DNA from: Bacteroidales bacterium
Lineage (GTDB): Bacteria; Bacteroidota; Bacteroidia; Bacteroidales; WCHB1-69
Length of the DNA stretch: 64,000 bases
Direction: 5' to 3'
NCBI GenBank assembly: GCA_035403245.1
Contig: DAONEU010000001.1
Coordinates: 1,394 to 65,393, forward strand
The notes beneath the pieces are model-generated. The model was not told where the DNA came from, searched no databases, and was given only the letters and a program-made list of their open reading frames with translations. Positions 43,302-53,400 of this stretch are shown piece by piece. Position 1 is the stretch's first letter. Each line of letters starts with the position of its first letter. The translations under genes were made by a program, and so were the position numbers.

Positions 43302-45278
43302 ATGTCGATTAAAAAATCAATTTTTTTTGTACTTCTTTCTTGTTTAGTACCGTTTACATTATTCTCTCAAGAGATTATTAACGGATTATCCTCAAATCCG
43401 GTCATCGCAAAAGAAGCAAAAAATTGGAAGCTGAGAGGGACAAAGTCAAATTCTGAGCCTATTAAGCTTCCATTTTATACTGATTTTTCTAATTATATTG
43501 GGTATCCGGATCAAAATATTTTTGTAGATAGACAAGGTTTTGTAAACAACTCTTTTGCCATAAGGCCTCCTTCAATTGGTGTGGTAACTTTAGATGCTAT
43601 TGATGAAAATGGAGCCATTTATTCTCATGCCAATTCAACAGGTTTTTATGCTGATACTTTAACTTCTAATTATATAAGGTTAGATTCAATTTTCACAACA
43701 CCTAGAGCTATTTTAATTCAAGATTCATTATACTTTTCATTCTATTATCAACCGGCAGGAGGATCAGAATCCACACCGGTAGTTCAGTGGGAAAGAATTG
43801 GAAATGGTCCTGAATCTCAAGATATGTTAATTTTAGACTTTGGTTATACCCAAAATGGAGTTACAACATGGAATACAGTATGGTCAACCAATGGTGTGAC
43901 TTTAGATGATTGGTTAGATAACGATCCTGACAGATTAACCTTTTTTAAACAAGTCTTGGTTCCAATTCTTGAATCTTATCTTCTTGTTGATAGCTTTCAA
44001 TTTAGATTCAGAAATATTGCCAGTCTGGAAGACAATGGAGTCGTAGGTTGGGAAAGTAATGTAGATCAATGGAATATTGATTATATTCGTTTAGACATCA
44101 ACAGATCAATTGATGATATCTATCCCAATGATATTGCATTTGTTGCTCCAACAACTTCTTGTATAACTCCTTATCAAGCTGTACCATGGAGTCATTTTCA
44201 ATCTTCTATGATGAAAGAAAAATTTGAGAATAAAATGTCCAATTTATCTAATATTATTCGAAATGCCAGTTATAACTATTATGTTGTAAAAAATGATATT
44301 GAGAATATTTATGCTTACACATGTAATAATGAAAATATTGAGCCTTACTATAACAACGGTCTTCAGGATTATACATTTCATGCCAATCCAAACATTGAAT
44401 TTACAATAACTCCCGATGGGGCAGATAGTGCCCAATTTACGATTACTCATATTCATAAGTTAGATGGAGCTATTGGAGATATGATTCCATTAAATGATAC
44501 CATTAAATTTACTCAAACATTTACGAATTACTTTGCTTATGATGATGGAACTGCTGAAGCTGGATACTCCATTTACAATTCAAACATCAATCCAAATTCC
44601 TATATTGCGATGAAATATACATTACTTCATCCAGATACTTTGAGAGCTGTTAAAATTTGGTTTAATAAAACTTTAAATGATGTAAATGTAGTTCCATTTA
44701 AACTCATGGTTTGGGCACAAGGTATTAACAATAAACCGGGAGCACTTTTATATGAAATGGAATCTCAAACACCTTTGTATTCTGAAGATTTTCTTACTTT
44801 TGGTACCTATTATCTAGATCAAGCAGTCCCAGTTTCAGGTACTTTTTATATAGGAATATATCAGAACCATAATATTCAACTGAATATTGGATATGACCAA
44901 AACACAGATTCAAGAGCTTTTTTCACATACAAAACAGGAACAGTTTGGGAAGAACCTATTGTAAAAGGAACTCCAATGATTAGGGCTTATGTAGGAGAAT
45001 ATATGGAACCAACAACTATAAATGTACAAGAAAAACTGAATGTTACATTGTATCCTAATCCTGCAAATGATTATATAAATGTATATATAGAAGATAATAA
45101 TGTTAGTAAAAAAATATTTTTTTCAATTTATGATATTTATGGTAAAAATGTATTAAATTTACCGATTGAAAGTGAACTGACAACAATATCTATTGCAAAC
45201 CTATCTAACGGCATTTATATAGCAAGGATTATAAGCGATAATATGGAAAATAGATCAGTAAAATTTATAAAACAATAA
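43302..45278 (+). CDS. secreted protein of unknown function with a T9SS type-A C-terminal domain
   Basis: Signal peptide 'MSIKKSIFFVLLSCLVPFTLFSQ'. C-terminus 'LYPNPANDYINVYIE...LSNGIYIARII...VKFIKQ'. Confidence 0.7.
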   Translation: MSIKKSIFFVLLSCLVPFTLFSQEIINGLSSNPVIAKEAKNWKLRGTKSNSEPIKLPFYTDFSNYIGYPDQNIFVDRQGFVNNSFAIRPPSIGVVTLDAIDENGAIYSHANSTGFYADTLTSNYIRLDSIFTTPRAILIQDSLYFSFYYQPAGGSESTPVVQWERIGNGPESQDMLILDFGYTQNGVTTWNTVWSTNGVTLDDWLDNDPDRLTFFKQVLVPILESYLLVDSFQFRFRNIASLEDNGVVGWESNVDQWNIDYIRLDINRSIDDIYPNDIAFVAPTTSCITPYQAVPWSHFQSSMMKEKFENKMSNLSNIIRNASYNYYVVKNDIENIYAYTCNNENIEPYYNNGLQDYTFHANPNIEFTITPDGADSAQFTITHIHKLDGAIGDMIPLNDTIKFTQTFTNYFAYDDGTAEAGYSIYNSNINPNSYIAMKYTLLHPDTLRAVKIWFNKTLNDVNVVPFKLMVWAQGINNKPGALLYEMESQTPLYSEDFLTFGTYYLDQAVPVSGTFYIGIYQNHNIQLNIGYDQNTDSRAFFTYKTGTVWEEPIVKGTPMIRAYVGEYMEPTTINVQEKLNVTLYPNPANDYINVYIEDNNVSKKIFFSIYDIYGKNVLNLPIESELTTISIANLSNGIYIARIISDNMENRSVKFIKQ

Positions 45279-45285
45279 ACGGAGG

Positions 45286-46116
45286 ATGAATATTAAATTA
45301 GAAAAGCCATTGGTTTTCTTTGACTTAGAAACTACAGGTCTCAATATTAGTAAAGATAGAATTATTGAAATTTCATTGCTTAAAATCATGGAAGATGGTA
45401 CTGAAATTTCAAAAACTTGGTTGGTTAATCCTGAGATACCGATTTCCGAAGAAGCTTTTGCTATACATGGAATATCTAATGAAGATGTCAAAAAATCGCC
45501 CATTTTCGCAGAAATTGCTGCGGAAATACAACTTTTTTTGCAAAATTGTGACTTAGCAGGGTACAATTCAAATAAATTTGATCTTCCACTTTTGATGGAA
45601 GAGTTTTTAAGAGTGGAAATTGATTTTGATCTAAGAGGAATCCGTTTTATTGATGTTCAGAATATTTTTCATAAAATGGAACCCCGCACCTTAGCTGCAG
45701 CTCATAAATTTTACTGTAAAACTGAAATGGAAAATGCTCACCAAGCTGAAGCGGATACCAGAGCTACTTATAATGTGCTAATGGGTCAATTGGATGCGTA
45801 TCTAGGCTCTCAATATGAAGATAAAAAAACTGGGATAACGACTACTTTCTCTAACGATGTAAAAATGTTGAGTCAATTTTCATCAGATAATCGGAATGTT
45901 GATTTTGCAGGACAAATTTTGTTAAATGATCAAGATGAAGAGATCTTTAATTTTGGCAAACATAAAGGGAAATCTGTACGTTCGATTTTTACTGTTGAAC
46001 CGGCTTATTATGATTGGATGATGAAATCCGATTTTCCTCTTTATACTAAGAAAGTGATTACCAGAATTTTGAATGAAGTTAAATTTGAAAATCTTCAAAA
46101 TAAGTTTAAAAAATAG
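45286..46116 (+). CDS. DEDDh 3'-5' exonuclease (DnaQ/PolIII-epsilon-like) with a C-terminal extension
   Basis: ExoI 'FFDLETTGL', ExoII 'AGYNSNKFDLPLL', ExoIII 'HQAEADTRAT'. Confidence 0.8.
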   Translation: MNIKLEKPLVFFDLETTGLNISKDRIIEISLLKIMEDGTEISKTWLVNPEIPISEEAFAIHGISNEDVKKSPIFAEIAAEIQLFLQNCDLAGYNSNKFDLPLLMEEFLRVEIDFDLRGIRFIDVQNIFHKMEPRTLAAAHKFYCKTEMENAHQAEADTRATYNVLMGQLDAYLGSQYEDKKTGITTTFSNDVKMLSQFSSDNRNVDFAGQILLNDQDEEIFNFGKHKGKSVRSIFTVEPAYYDWMMKSDFPLYTKKVITRILNEVKFENLQNKFKK

Positions 46117-46119
46117 ATT

Positions 46120-46557
46120 ATGGAAACAAAACAAATCATCATTTTTTTAATCATTATTGCGGTATATCTTTTCAAAGTGATTCGGAAAGCCAATGCTAAA
46201 AAGATTGAAAATCAACAGAATACAGAACCTGAAAGAAGTAATGTTGATGAAGAATATGAATATACAGATCGAGAAACAAAAACGTATAGAGATATAACCT
46301 ATGAGTCGTATGAAGATATAGATTATTCACAGATGCTGAAAAATAAGAAAATAATTGCGGAATCTCTCGAAACGAACTCTTTAGAAGGGGAAAGTTATGA
46401 AAAAATCCCCCCCCAAAAAATCGACTCAAGATCTTCCAAAAAAACCATACAACATATTGATAATGAAATAGATGAAGGGATTGAAATTAGCACTGAAATT
46501 GATGAGATTAAAAGAGGGTTTATATATAGTGAAATCCTAAAAAGAAAATATAATTAA
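46120..46557 (+). CDS. hypothetical membrane-anchored acidic protein
   Basis: One N-terminal TM segment, then a Glu/Asp/Tyr-rich low-complexity region. 4 nt after the exonuclease stop. Confidence 0.4.
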   Translation: METKQIIIFLIIIAVYLFKVIRKANAKKIENQQNTEPERSNVDEEYEYTDRETKTYRDITYESYEDIDYSQMLKNKKIIAESLETNSLEGESYEKIPPQKIDSRSSKKTIQHIDNEIDEGIEISTEIDEIKRGFIYSEILKRKYN

Positions 46558-46677
46558 TTGAATACAAAATATTTATTAAATTTTTATGGGTAAATAATAT
46601 AAAGTTAACTAAATTTTTTATAACTTTACGCCCCAAAAAAATAGGCAAAAAAATATGTTAAATATAAATTAAAGGCT

Positions 46678-49600
46678 ATGATTAAAAAATTACTTTTTAC
46701 ACTTAGTGTGATCATCCTTGCAAGCAATCTTTTGAATGCCCAAAGTACCTTGAAAGGTAAAGTGAGTGATCCAACCGGAGCGCCTCAACCTTATATCCAA
46801 ATTCGATTGGAAAAAGAGGGAGCTGCTGTAAACGGTACAAACTCTGATGACAAAGGAGAATATCAACTATTTGGTATTCCTGCAGGTACTTACGATTTGG
46901 TAATCGGAGGTGCAGGTCTTTGTCCATATACAACTAAAATATCGGGCATTAAAATTGATGGATCAAAAGTAGCTTTTCAAGATGCTGTAATTGATTGTGC
47001 AAATATGCTTGAACCAGTTGTAGTAACCGCAAAACAAGAGTTATTCGACAAGGATAATTCAAAATCCAGTTCAAGTATTAGTAAAGAAGATTTGAATAGA
47101 ACACCAGGTAGAAGTATCGGTGCTGCTATTAGTGCGACTGAAGGTACTGCAACTGATGCTGCTGGAAATACTACTGTTCGTGGTAATCGTGGTGATGGAC
47201 AACAAACCATTATTGACGGTGTTCGTGTTAGAGGAGGAAGTTCAGTTTCTATGAGTTCTGTTGAAGGAGTTGAATTGATTCAAGGGGGGATTCCTGCAGA
47301 ATATGGTGATGGAACCAGTTTTACTGTCATTACAACCAGAGGTGCAGCTAAAGAATTTTCAGGATCTGCTGAAGTTAGAGGATCTGTTGATGGATACAAC
47401 AATTTCTTGGCGGCCTTCAATCTTTCAGGACCATTGGTAAGAGGAGAAAAAAAGGATTATCCATCCAAAGCAGGTTTTTTAATCAGTGCTGAAGCATACT
47501 ATAATCAAGATGGATCACCATCAAGAGGAGGTACATGGAGAGCTACTGATGAAGCAATTGAAAAACTTAAATTAAATCCTCTTCGTTATGATAATCTTCA
47601 ACTTGGAGCAAACTATTCTAATGGGGAATATTTAACTTCTGAAAACTTCTACAAACAAAGAGTAAGACAAAATGCTGAATCTTACGGTTTTGTTATGCAA
47701 GGTAAAGTGGATATCATGGGTGGAGGTAAATTCCCTAGTGGTGTTCCAAAAAATACACTTCGTTTAACTTTAAGCGGATCTTACCAATATGGTTTTGGTA
47801 AAGATTGGGGACTATATAATTCTATGTTTGATAATGCAAACAATGGTATCAATGAAAGTTCAACTCTTCGTTTATCTGCTAGACTGAACCACAGAGTAAA
47901 ATCTTCAAATACTTCAGATACTTCTAAAAACGAACTTATTAAAAATATCATGTATGATATTAATGTGAACTATACATTGATTACAGCTGTAGAACAAGAT
48001 GAACGTTTTAAAGATAATTTCTTCAAATATGGTCATATTGGTAAATTTACTACTAAACGCGCAAAAATATACAACAGAGAAGATATCGTTATTGATAGTG
48101 TAAGATACATAGACATGATGGTTTTAAAAACTGTTTATGATTCTGTAGTTACTTTTGATGGATCAAATTCATCAAATCCTGACTTAGCATGGTATACTCA
48201 AAATTTTGTGGATACATATTCTCCAGATTACTTCAATGATTATTATGGTACTATGATTCCTTATAACCTCACACTTTATTCTTCTTTTGGCGCGTTAAGA
48301 AATGGCGATGCTCCTTCAAAAATTTATGGATTATATGCTATGCCTGGTTCTGTTACAACAAATTACGGTAAAACTCGTAACTCTAGTTTAGGAGCCAAAG
48401 CTAGTGTGGCCATGAACATCGGAAACCATGAGTTAAAATTAGGATTCGAACTTGAAAAATTAACTTATAGATCCTGGAGTCTTGCTCCTTATAGTTTATG
48501 GACTATAATGAGACAAAAACAAAACTTCCATATCAGTCAGTTAGATGTTAATAATCCTTTTACAATAGGTTTAGATCATTTCGATCCAAGTGTAAGCGAT
48601 ACAATTGAATTCAACCAATTAATCAATTTAGCTGACCAATCTTCTTTTGACAAAAATTTACGTATTAAATTAGGATTAGATCCTAATGGAAGTGATTGGT
48701 TAGATATCGACAGCTATGATCCAAGTCTTTTCGAAATTGGAATGTTCTCAGCTGACGAATTATTGATTGGTATTAATGGTCCTATGGTTGCTTATTATGG
48801 ATATGATTACACCGGATCAACTCTTACTAAGAAAAAAACTAGTATTACCGATTTCTTTGATGGTGAAACTGATGGAAATGGCAATAAAGTTTTCAATTAT
48901 AATATTGGAGCATACGAACCAATCTATATGGCATTTTACTTACAAGATAAATTCTCTATTAACAATTTGATTTTTAATATTGGTTTACGTGTTGACCGTT
49001 TTGACGCTAATCAACAAGTGTTGAAAGATCCATATTTATTCCGTGAAGCACATACCGTTGGAACACTTAAATCTGGGGAATTCGGATTTTCTGATGACAG
49101 ATTCGTAGCTAACGCTGATGATAGTTGGGTTGTTTATGTTAATGAAAAAGGAAAAACTGCTGATGGAAATACCCAAACTATTATTGGATATCGTGATGGA
49201 AGTACTTGGTATGATATAAATGGACAACAAATTACAGACCCAACAACTTTGTTAGGTGCAACTGGTGGTCCTGTTTTAGTTGATGAAATCGACGAAACTG
49301 CTATTTCTAAAGTTAGCGGTAAAGCATTTGAAGATTATGTTCCACAATGGTCTATTATGCCTCGATTGTCTTTCTCTTTCCCAGTAGGGGAAACTTCATT
49401 ATTCTATGCTCACTATAATGTAATTACTTATCGTCCAACTAATTTACAATTAAATCCTGTTAGCTACTTATTTATTGAAAAATTTGGATCAAACTCCGAT
49501 AATTCTGTAAACAATCCTAACTTAAAACCTCAAAAGAGTATTGACTATGAAATCGGTTTCCGTCAAAAGTTAAACGATTTCTCAGCAATCAGCTTAGCAG

Positions 49601-50460
49601 CATACTACTCAGAAAAACGTGATCAAATTCAATCTTACCGTTTCACTGGTGCATATCCTAGTACTTATTATTCATTCGATAATATCGACTTTGGTACTGT
49701 TCAAGGTTTTACACTTGGTTATAATTTGAGAAGCGGAAAAAATATCACTTTAAGAGCTAACTATACTTTACAATTTGCAAAAGGTACAGGTTCTTCTGCT
49801 GGATCTAACTTAGCAATCATTGCATCTGGTCAACCAAACTTAAGAACTTTAACAAACTTAAGCTTCGACCAACGTCACAGAATGAGTGCAACTATTGACT
49901 ATAGATTTGGTATGGGAAGTGATTATAATGGTCCAATTTCGAAAAGAGCTTCGAAAGATGGCAAAACTATTAAAGAAACAAGATGGTTCGAAAATACAGG
50001 TGTAACCTTACTTTTCTCTGCCGGTTCTGGTATGCCTTACAGCAGATCAAGCAAAGCTTATTCTCTTTACGGATTAGGTGGTAAATCTCAATTATCTGGT
50101 TCTATCAATGGTTCAAATAGACCTTGGATTTTCCAATGTGACTTAAGAGTAGATAAAACTTTTATTATGTATTTAGGAAAAGAGACTAAAGATGGTAAAG
50201 AAGTAAAAGGAAAACCAAGTCAATTAACAGTTTATCTTGATATAGCTAACATTTTCAACTTTAAAAATGTTGTTAATGTATATGATTATACAGGAAATCC
50301 TGAAGATGATGGTGTTCTAGCTTCTGAACAATTCCAACAATTAATTAATAGTCAAATTTATGTTGATTCATTTATTAATTACTACAATATGGCTATGCGC
50401 AATCCATACAATTATAGTTCTCCAACTACAGTAAGTCTTGGAATTCAATTTGGATTTTAA
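46678..50460 (+). CDS. oversized TonB-dependent-receptor-like outer-membrane barrel (CarboxypepD_reg-like N-domain + plug-like domain + barrel)
   Basis: Signal peptide. 'LKGKVSDPTGAPQPYIQIRL...DKGEYQLFGIPAGTYDLVI'. Plug-like 'VVVTAK...VRGNRGDGQQTIIDGVRV...VELIQGGIPAEYGD'. Long beta-rich remainder ending 'LGIQFGF'. Confidence 0.72.
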   Translation: MIKKLLFTLSVIILASNLLNAQSTLKGKVSDPTGAPQPYIQIRLEKEGAAVNGTNSDDKGEYQLFGIPAGTYDLVIGGAGLCPYTTKISGIKIDGSKVAFQDAVIDCANMLEPVVVTAKQELFDKDNSKSSSSISKEDLNRTPGRSIGAAISATEGTATDAAGNTTVRGNRGDGQQTIIDGVRVRGGSSVSMSSVEGVELIQGGIPAEYGDGTSFTVITTRGAAKEFSGSAEVRGSVDGYNNFLAAFNLSGPLVRGEKKDYPSKAGFLISAEAYYNQDGSPSRGGTWRATDEAIEKLKLNPLRYDNLQLGANYSNGEYLTSENFYKQRVRQNAESYGFVMQGKVDIMGGGKFPSGVPKNTLRLTLSGSYQYGFGKDWGLYNSMFDNANNGINESSTLRLSARLNHRVKSSNTSDTSKNELIKNIMYDINVNYTLITAVEQDERFKDNFFKYGHIGKFTTKRAKIYNREDIVIDSVRYIDMMVLKTVYDSVVTFDGSNSSNPDLAWYTQNFVDTYSPDYFNDYYGTMIPYNLTLYSSFGALRNGDAPSKIYGLYAMPGSVTTNYGKTRNSSLGAKASVAMNIGNHELKLGFELEKLTYRSWSLAPYSLWTIMRQKQNFHISQLDVNNPFTIGLDHFDPSVSDTIEFNQLINLADQSSFDKNLRIKLGLDPNGSDWLDIDSYDPSLFEIGMFSADELLIGINGPMVAYYGYDYTGSTLTKKKTSITDFFDGETDGNGNKVFNYNIGAYEPIYMAFYLQDKFSINNLIFNIGLRVDRFDANQQVLKDPYLFREAHTVGTLKSGEFGFSDDRFVANADDSWVVYVNEKGKTADGNTQTIIGYRDGSTWYDINGQQITDPTTLLGATGGPVLVDEIDETAISKVSGKAFEDYVPQWSIMPRLSFSFPVGETSLFYAHYNVITYRPTNLQLNPVSYLFIEKFGSNSDNSVNNPNLKPQKSIDYEIGFRQKLNDFSAISLAAYYSEKRDQIQSYRFTGAYPSTYYSFDNIDFGTVQGFTLGYNLRSGKNITLRANYTLQFAKGTGSSAGSNLAIIASGQPNLRTLTNLSFDQRHRMSATIDYRFGMGSDYNGPISKRASKDGKTIKETRWFENTGVTLLFSAGSGMPYSRSSKAYSLYGLGGKSQLSGSINGSNRPWIFQCDLRVDKTFIMYLGKETKDGKEVKGKPSQLTVYLDIANIFNFKNVVNVYDYTGNPEDDGVLASEQFQQLINSQIYVDSFINYYNMAMRNPYNYSSPTTVSLGIQFGF

Positions 50461-50492
50461 TATCATAGATTATAACGAAAAATAAAAACATT

Positions 50493-53400
50493 ATGAATAA
50501 TAAAAACAAAATTTTAGTTTTAATTACACTACTGGTTTTATTGAGTGCTCCATCTCTTTTTGCAAGAAAATATGTTGGAACAATTCAAGCACCGGTACAA
50601 AAAGAATCTGCTACTTGTTTGCCAGCTACCAATTCCAATCAGCTTACCATAAATAATGTAAGAGCTTATGTAGAAACAAACGGTACGATGTGGTTCAAAG
50701 AAATTGCACAATATGAAGTTCCTAGAGGTTCAGGTAAAACATCCATGTTTGCTGCAGCTCTTTGGATTGGAGGTCGTGACGTGAGCGGTCAGCTAAGATT
50801 AGCTGCTGTTAGATTCCGTCAAAATGGGGATGACTATTGGACTGGACCACTAACTATTGAAGGTGCTTCCATTAATCAACAAACTTGTAGTAAATATGAC
50901 AAACACTTCAAAATCACTAGAGCTGAAGTTGAAGCACATATAGCAGCTCATGCTACAAACGACCCTACATATACAACTCCAGCAAGTATTACCCAATGGC
51001 CAGCTCATGGAGAAAATGGTCAATCTTACTACTTAGCTCCTTTTAAAGATGTTAACGAAGATGGTGTTTACGATTATAATGATGGAGACTATCCTTATTA
51101 TGATCTGGAAAATGAACTTTGCCCTTGGACACCAGAAAATATTGCTTTGGCTGCTCAGGACTTATTACCATGGACTCCTGAAAGAACTTGGATTCAAAGT
51201 AACTATGGTTATGACAATAAAATGATTTATGCTGACCATGTATTAAAAGGTGATGAAACTTTATTCTGGATTTTTAATGATAAAGGCGGTCCTCACACTG
51301 AATCACAAGGGGATCCAATCGGTCTTGAAATTCGTGGACAAGCATTCGCTTTTGCAACTAATGATGAGTTGAATAATATGACTTTCTACTCTTATGAAAT
51401 TATTAACCGTTCAACTTTTGCATTAACAAATACATTTTTTTCTCAATGGGTTGACCCAGATTTAGGATTTGCTGAAGATGACTTCGTAGGTTGTGACGTT
51501 TTAAGAGGTTTAGGATATTGTTATAATGGAAAAGAGGTTGATGGACAAGGTTTAGCTCAACACTATGGTGCTCAACCACCAGCAGTTGGCGTTGACTTTT
51601 TCCAAGGACCTTATATTGATCCAGATGATAGAGATAATCCAAGATTCTTTAGAGATTCTATTGGGAGTACAGGCTATTGTGATAAATTTGTTAATAGTAC
51701 TGAAATTACTGGTTTTCCAAGTGACCAAATGGCTATCAACGGTGTTAACTTTGGTGATAATATCATAGATAACGAACGTTTTGGTATGAGAAGATTTGTA
51801 TACCATGACAATAACAATACTCCTCGTGGCGACCCGGATGTTGCTTTTGAATACTACAATTTACTTCAGGGTATTTGGAAAGATGGAACAAGAATGCAAT
51901 GGGGTCAAAATGCATATAGAACCGGTGGTGTTGAGTGTGATTTTATGTTCCCAGGTGATTCAGACCCTTGTAAATGGGGAACTGCTGGAATAACTCCTGC
52001 CGCAATAGCAGGTGGTGATGGAACTTGGACAGAAAGTAATGTGGGAAATGCTCCTTACGATCGTAGATTTATGCAATCTGCAGGACCTTTCACTTTAAAA
52101 GCTGGTGCTGTTAACTATATTACAGTTGGTATTCCATGGGCAAGAGCCTCTCAAGGTGGAGCTTGGGCTTCAGTTGAATTATTGAAAATTGCAGATGATA
52201 AATGTCAAGCTCTATTTGAAAACTGTTTTAAAGTTTTGGATGGACCAGATGCTCCAGATTTGACCATAAGAGAATTAAATCAAGAGTTGATTCTTTATAT
52301 CACTAATGATGATCCATTGAGTAATAACTATCTAGAACAATACGAAGAAACAGATACTCAAATTCCTGACAATATTCCTGGAACAACTACTCCTGCTGAC
52401 AAAAAATACCGTTTTGAAGGATATCAAATATTCCAATTAAAAGATAAAGATATCAATATTTCTGATATTAATAATACAGATAAAGCACGTATAGTTGCTC
52501 AGTGTGATATTGAAAATATTAGAGAAAATGGTTCTTCTATTGGTCAGCTCATCAATTGGGAATACAATGATGCTCTTGGAACTTCTGTACCAGTGGAAAA
52601 AGTAAATGGTTCAAATACCGGAATTTTCCATACTTTAAAGGTTACTGAAGATGCTTTCGCAACAGGTTCAAAAACATTAGTAAATTATAAAACTTATTAT
52701 TTCATTGTAATAGCTTATGCATACAATGAATTTGCTCCATATTCAATTAATCCAGACATTACCAATGGCTTATATGGTCAAAAAACGGTTTATTTAGCAG
52801 GTAGAAAAGCTGCAGGTGGTAAATCAATTAAACCGATTTCTGCTATTCCTCACCCTTCAACTTCTCATAATGAAGGTACAGTTTTAAATTCACAATATGG
52901 AACTACTCCTCTTATTACTAGAATTCAAGGTCAAGGTAATGGTGGCAATTTTGTTGACTTGACAGATGAGACTGTTAGTAAAATTATGAATGGTGGTGAT
53001 AACAATAACTGGTCTGTTAATAACGTGACTTACAAAAACAATGCAGGTCCTCTTTCAATTAGCGTAATTGACCCGCTTAAAGTCCAACCACTTGATTATA
53101 TTATTAAATTTGTTGAACCTGATAGTCAAGATGTTGAAGTTTCTGAAAATGCAACTTGGGTTTTGGAATTTGATGAAACAGTAACAGATCAACAAATCAT
53201 AGACCTTGGATATAAAAACCTAGATGGAACTGCTCAAAGAGCTATACCATCACAAAAATCAATTTCTGCTACTAACGAACAGTTATTCTTACCACTTGGT
53301 ATTGCAGTTTCTATTAAAAACACTGATTACCAAATTCATCAAGATGAAGTAAGTGAATGGCTAGAAGCTAGTACAGCTGGTTTAAACTATAGAAATAAAT

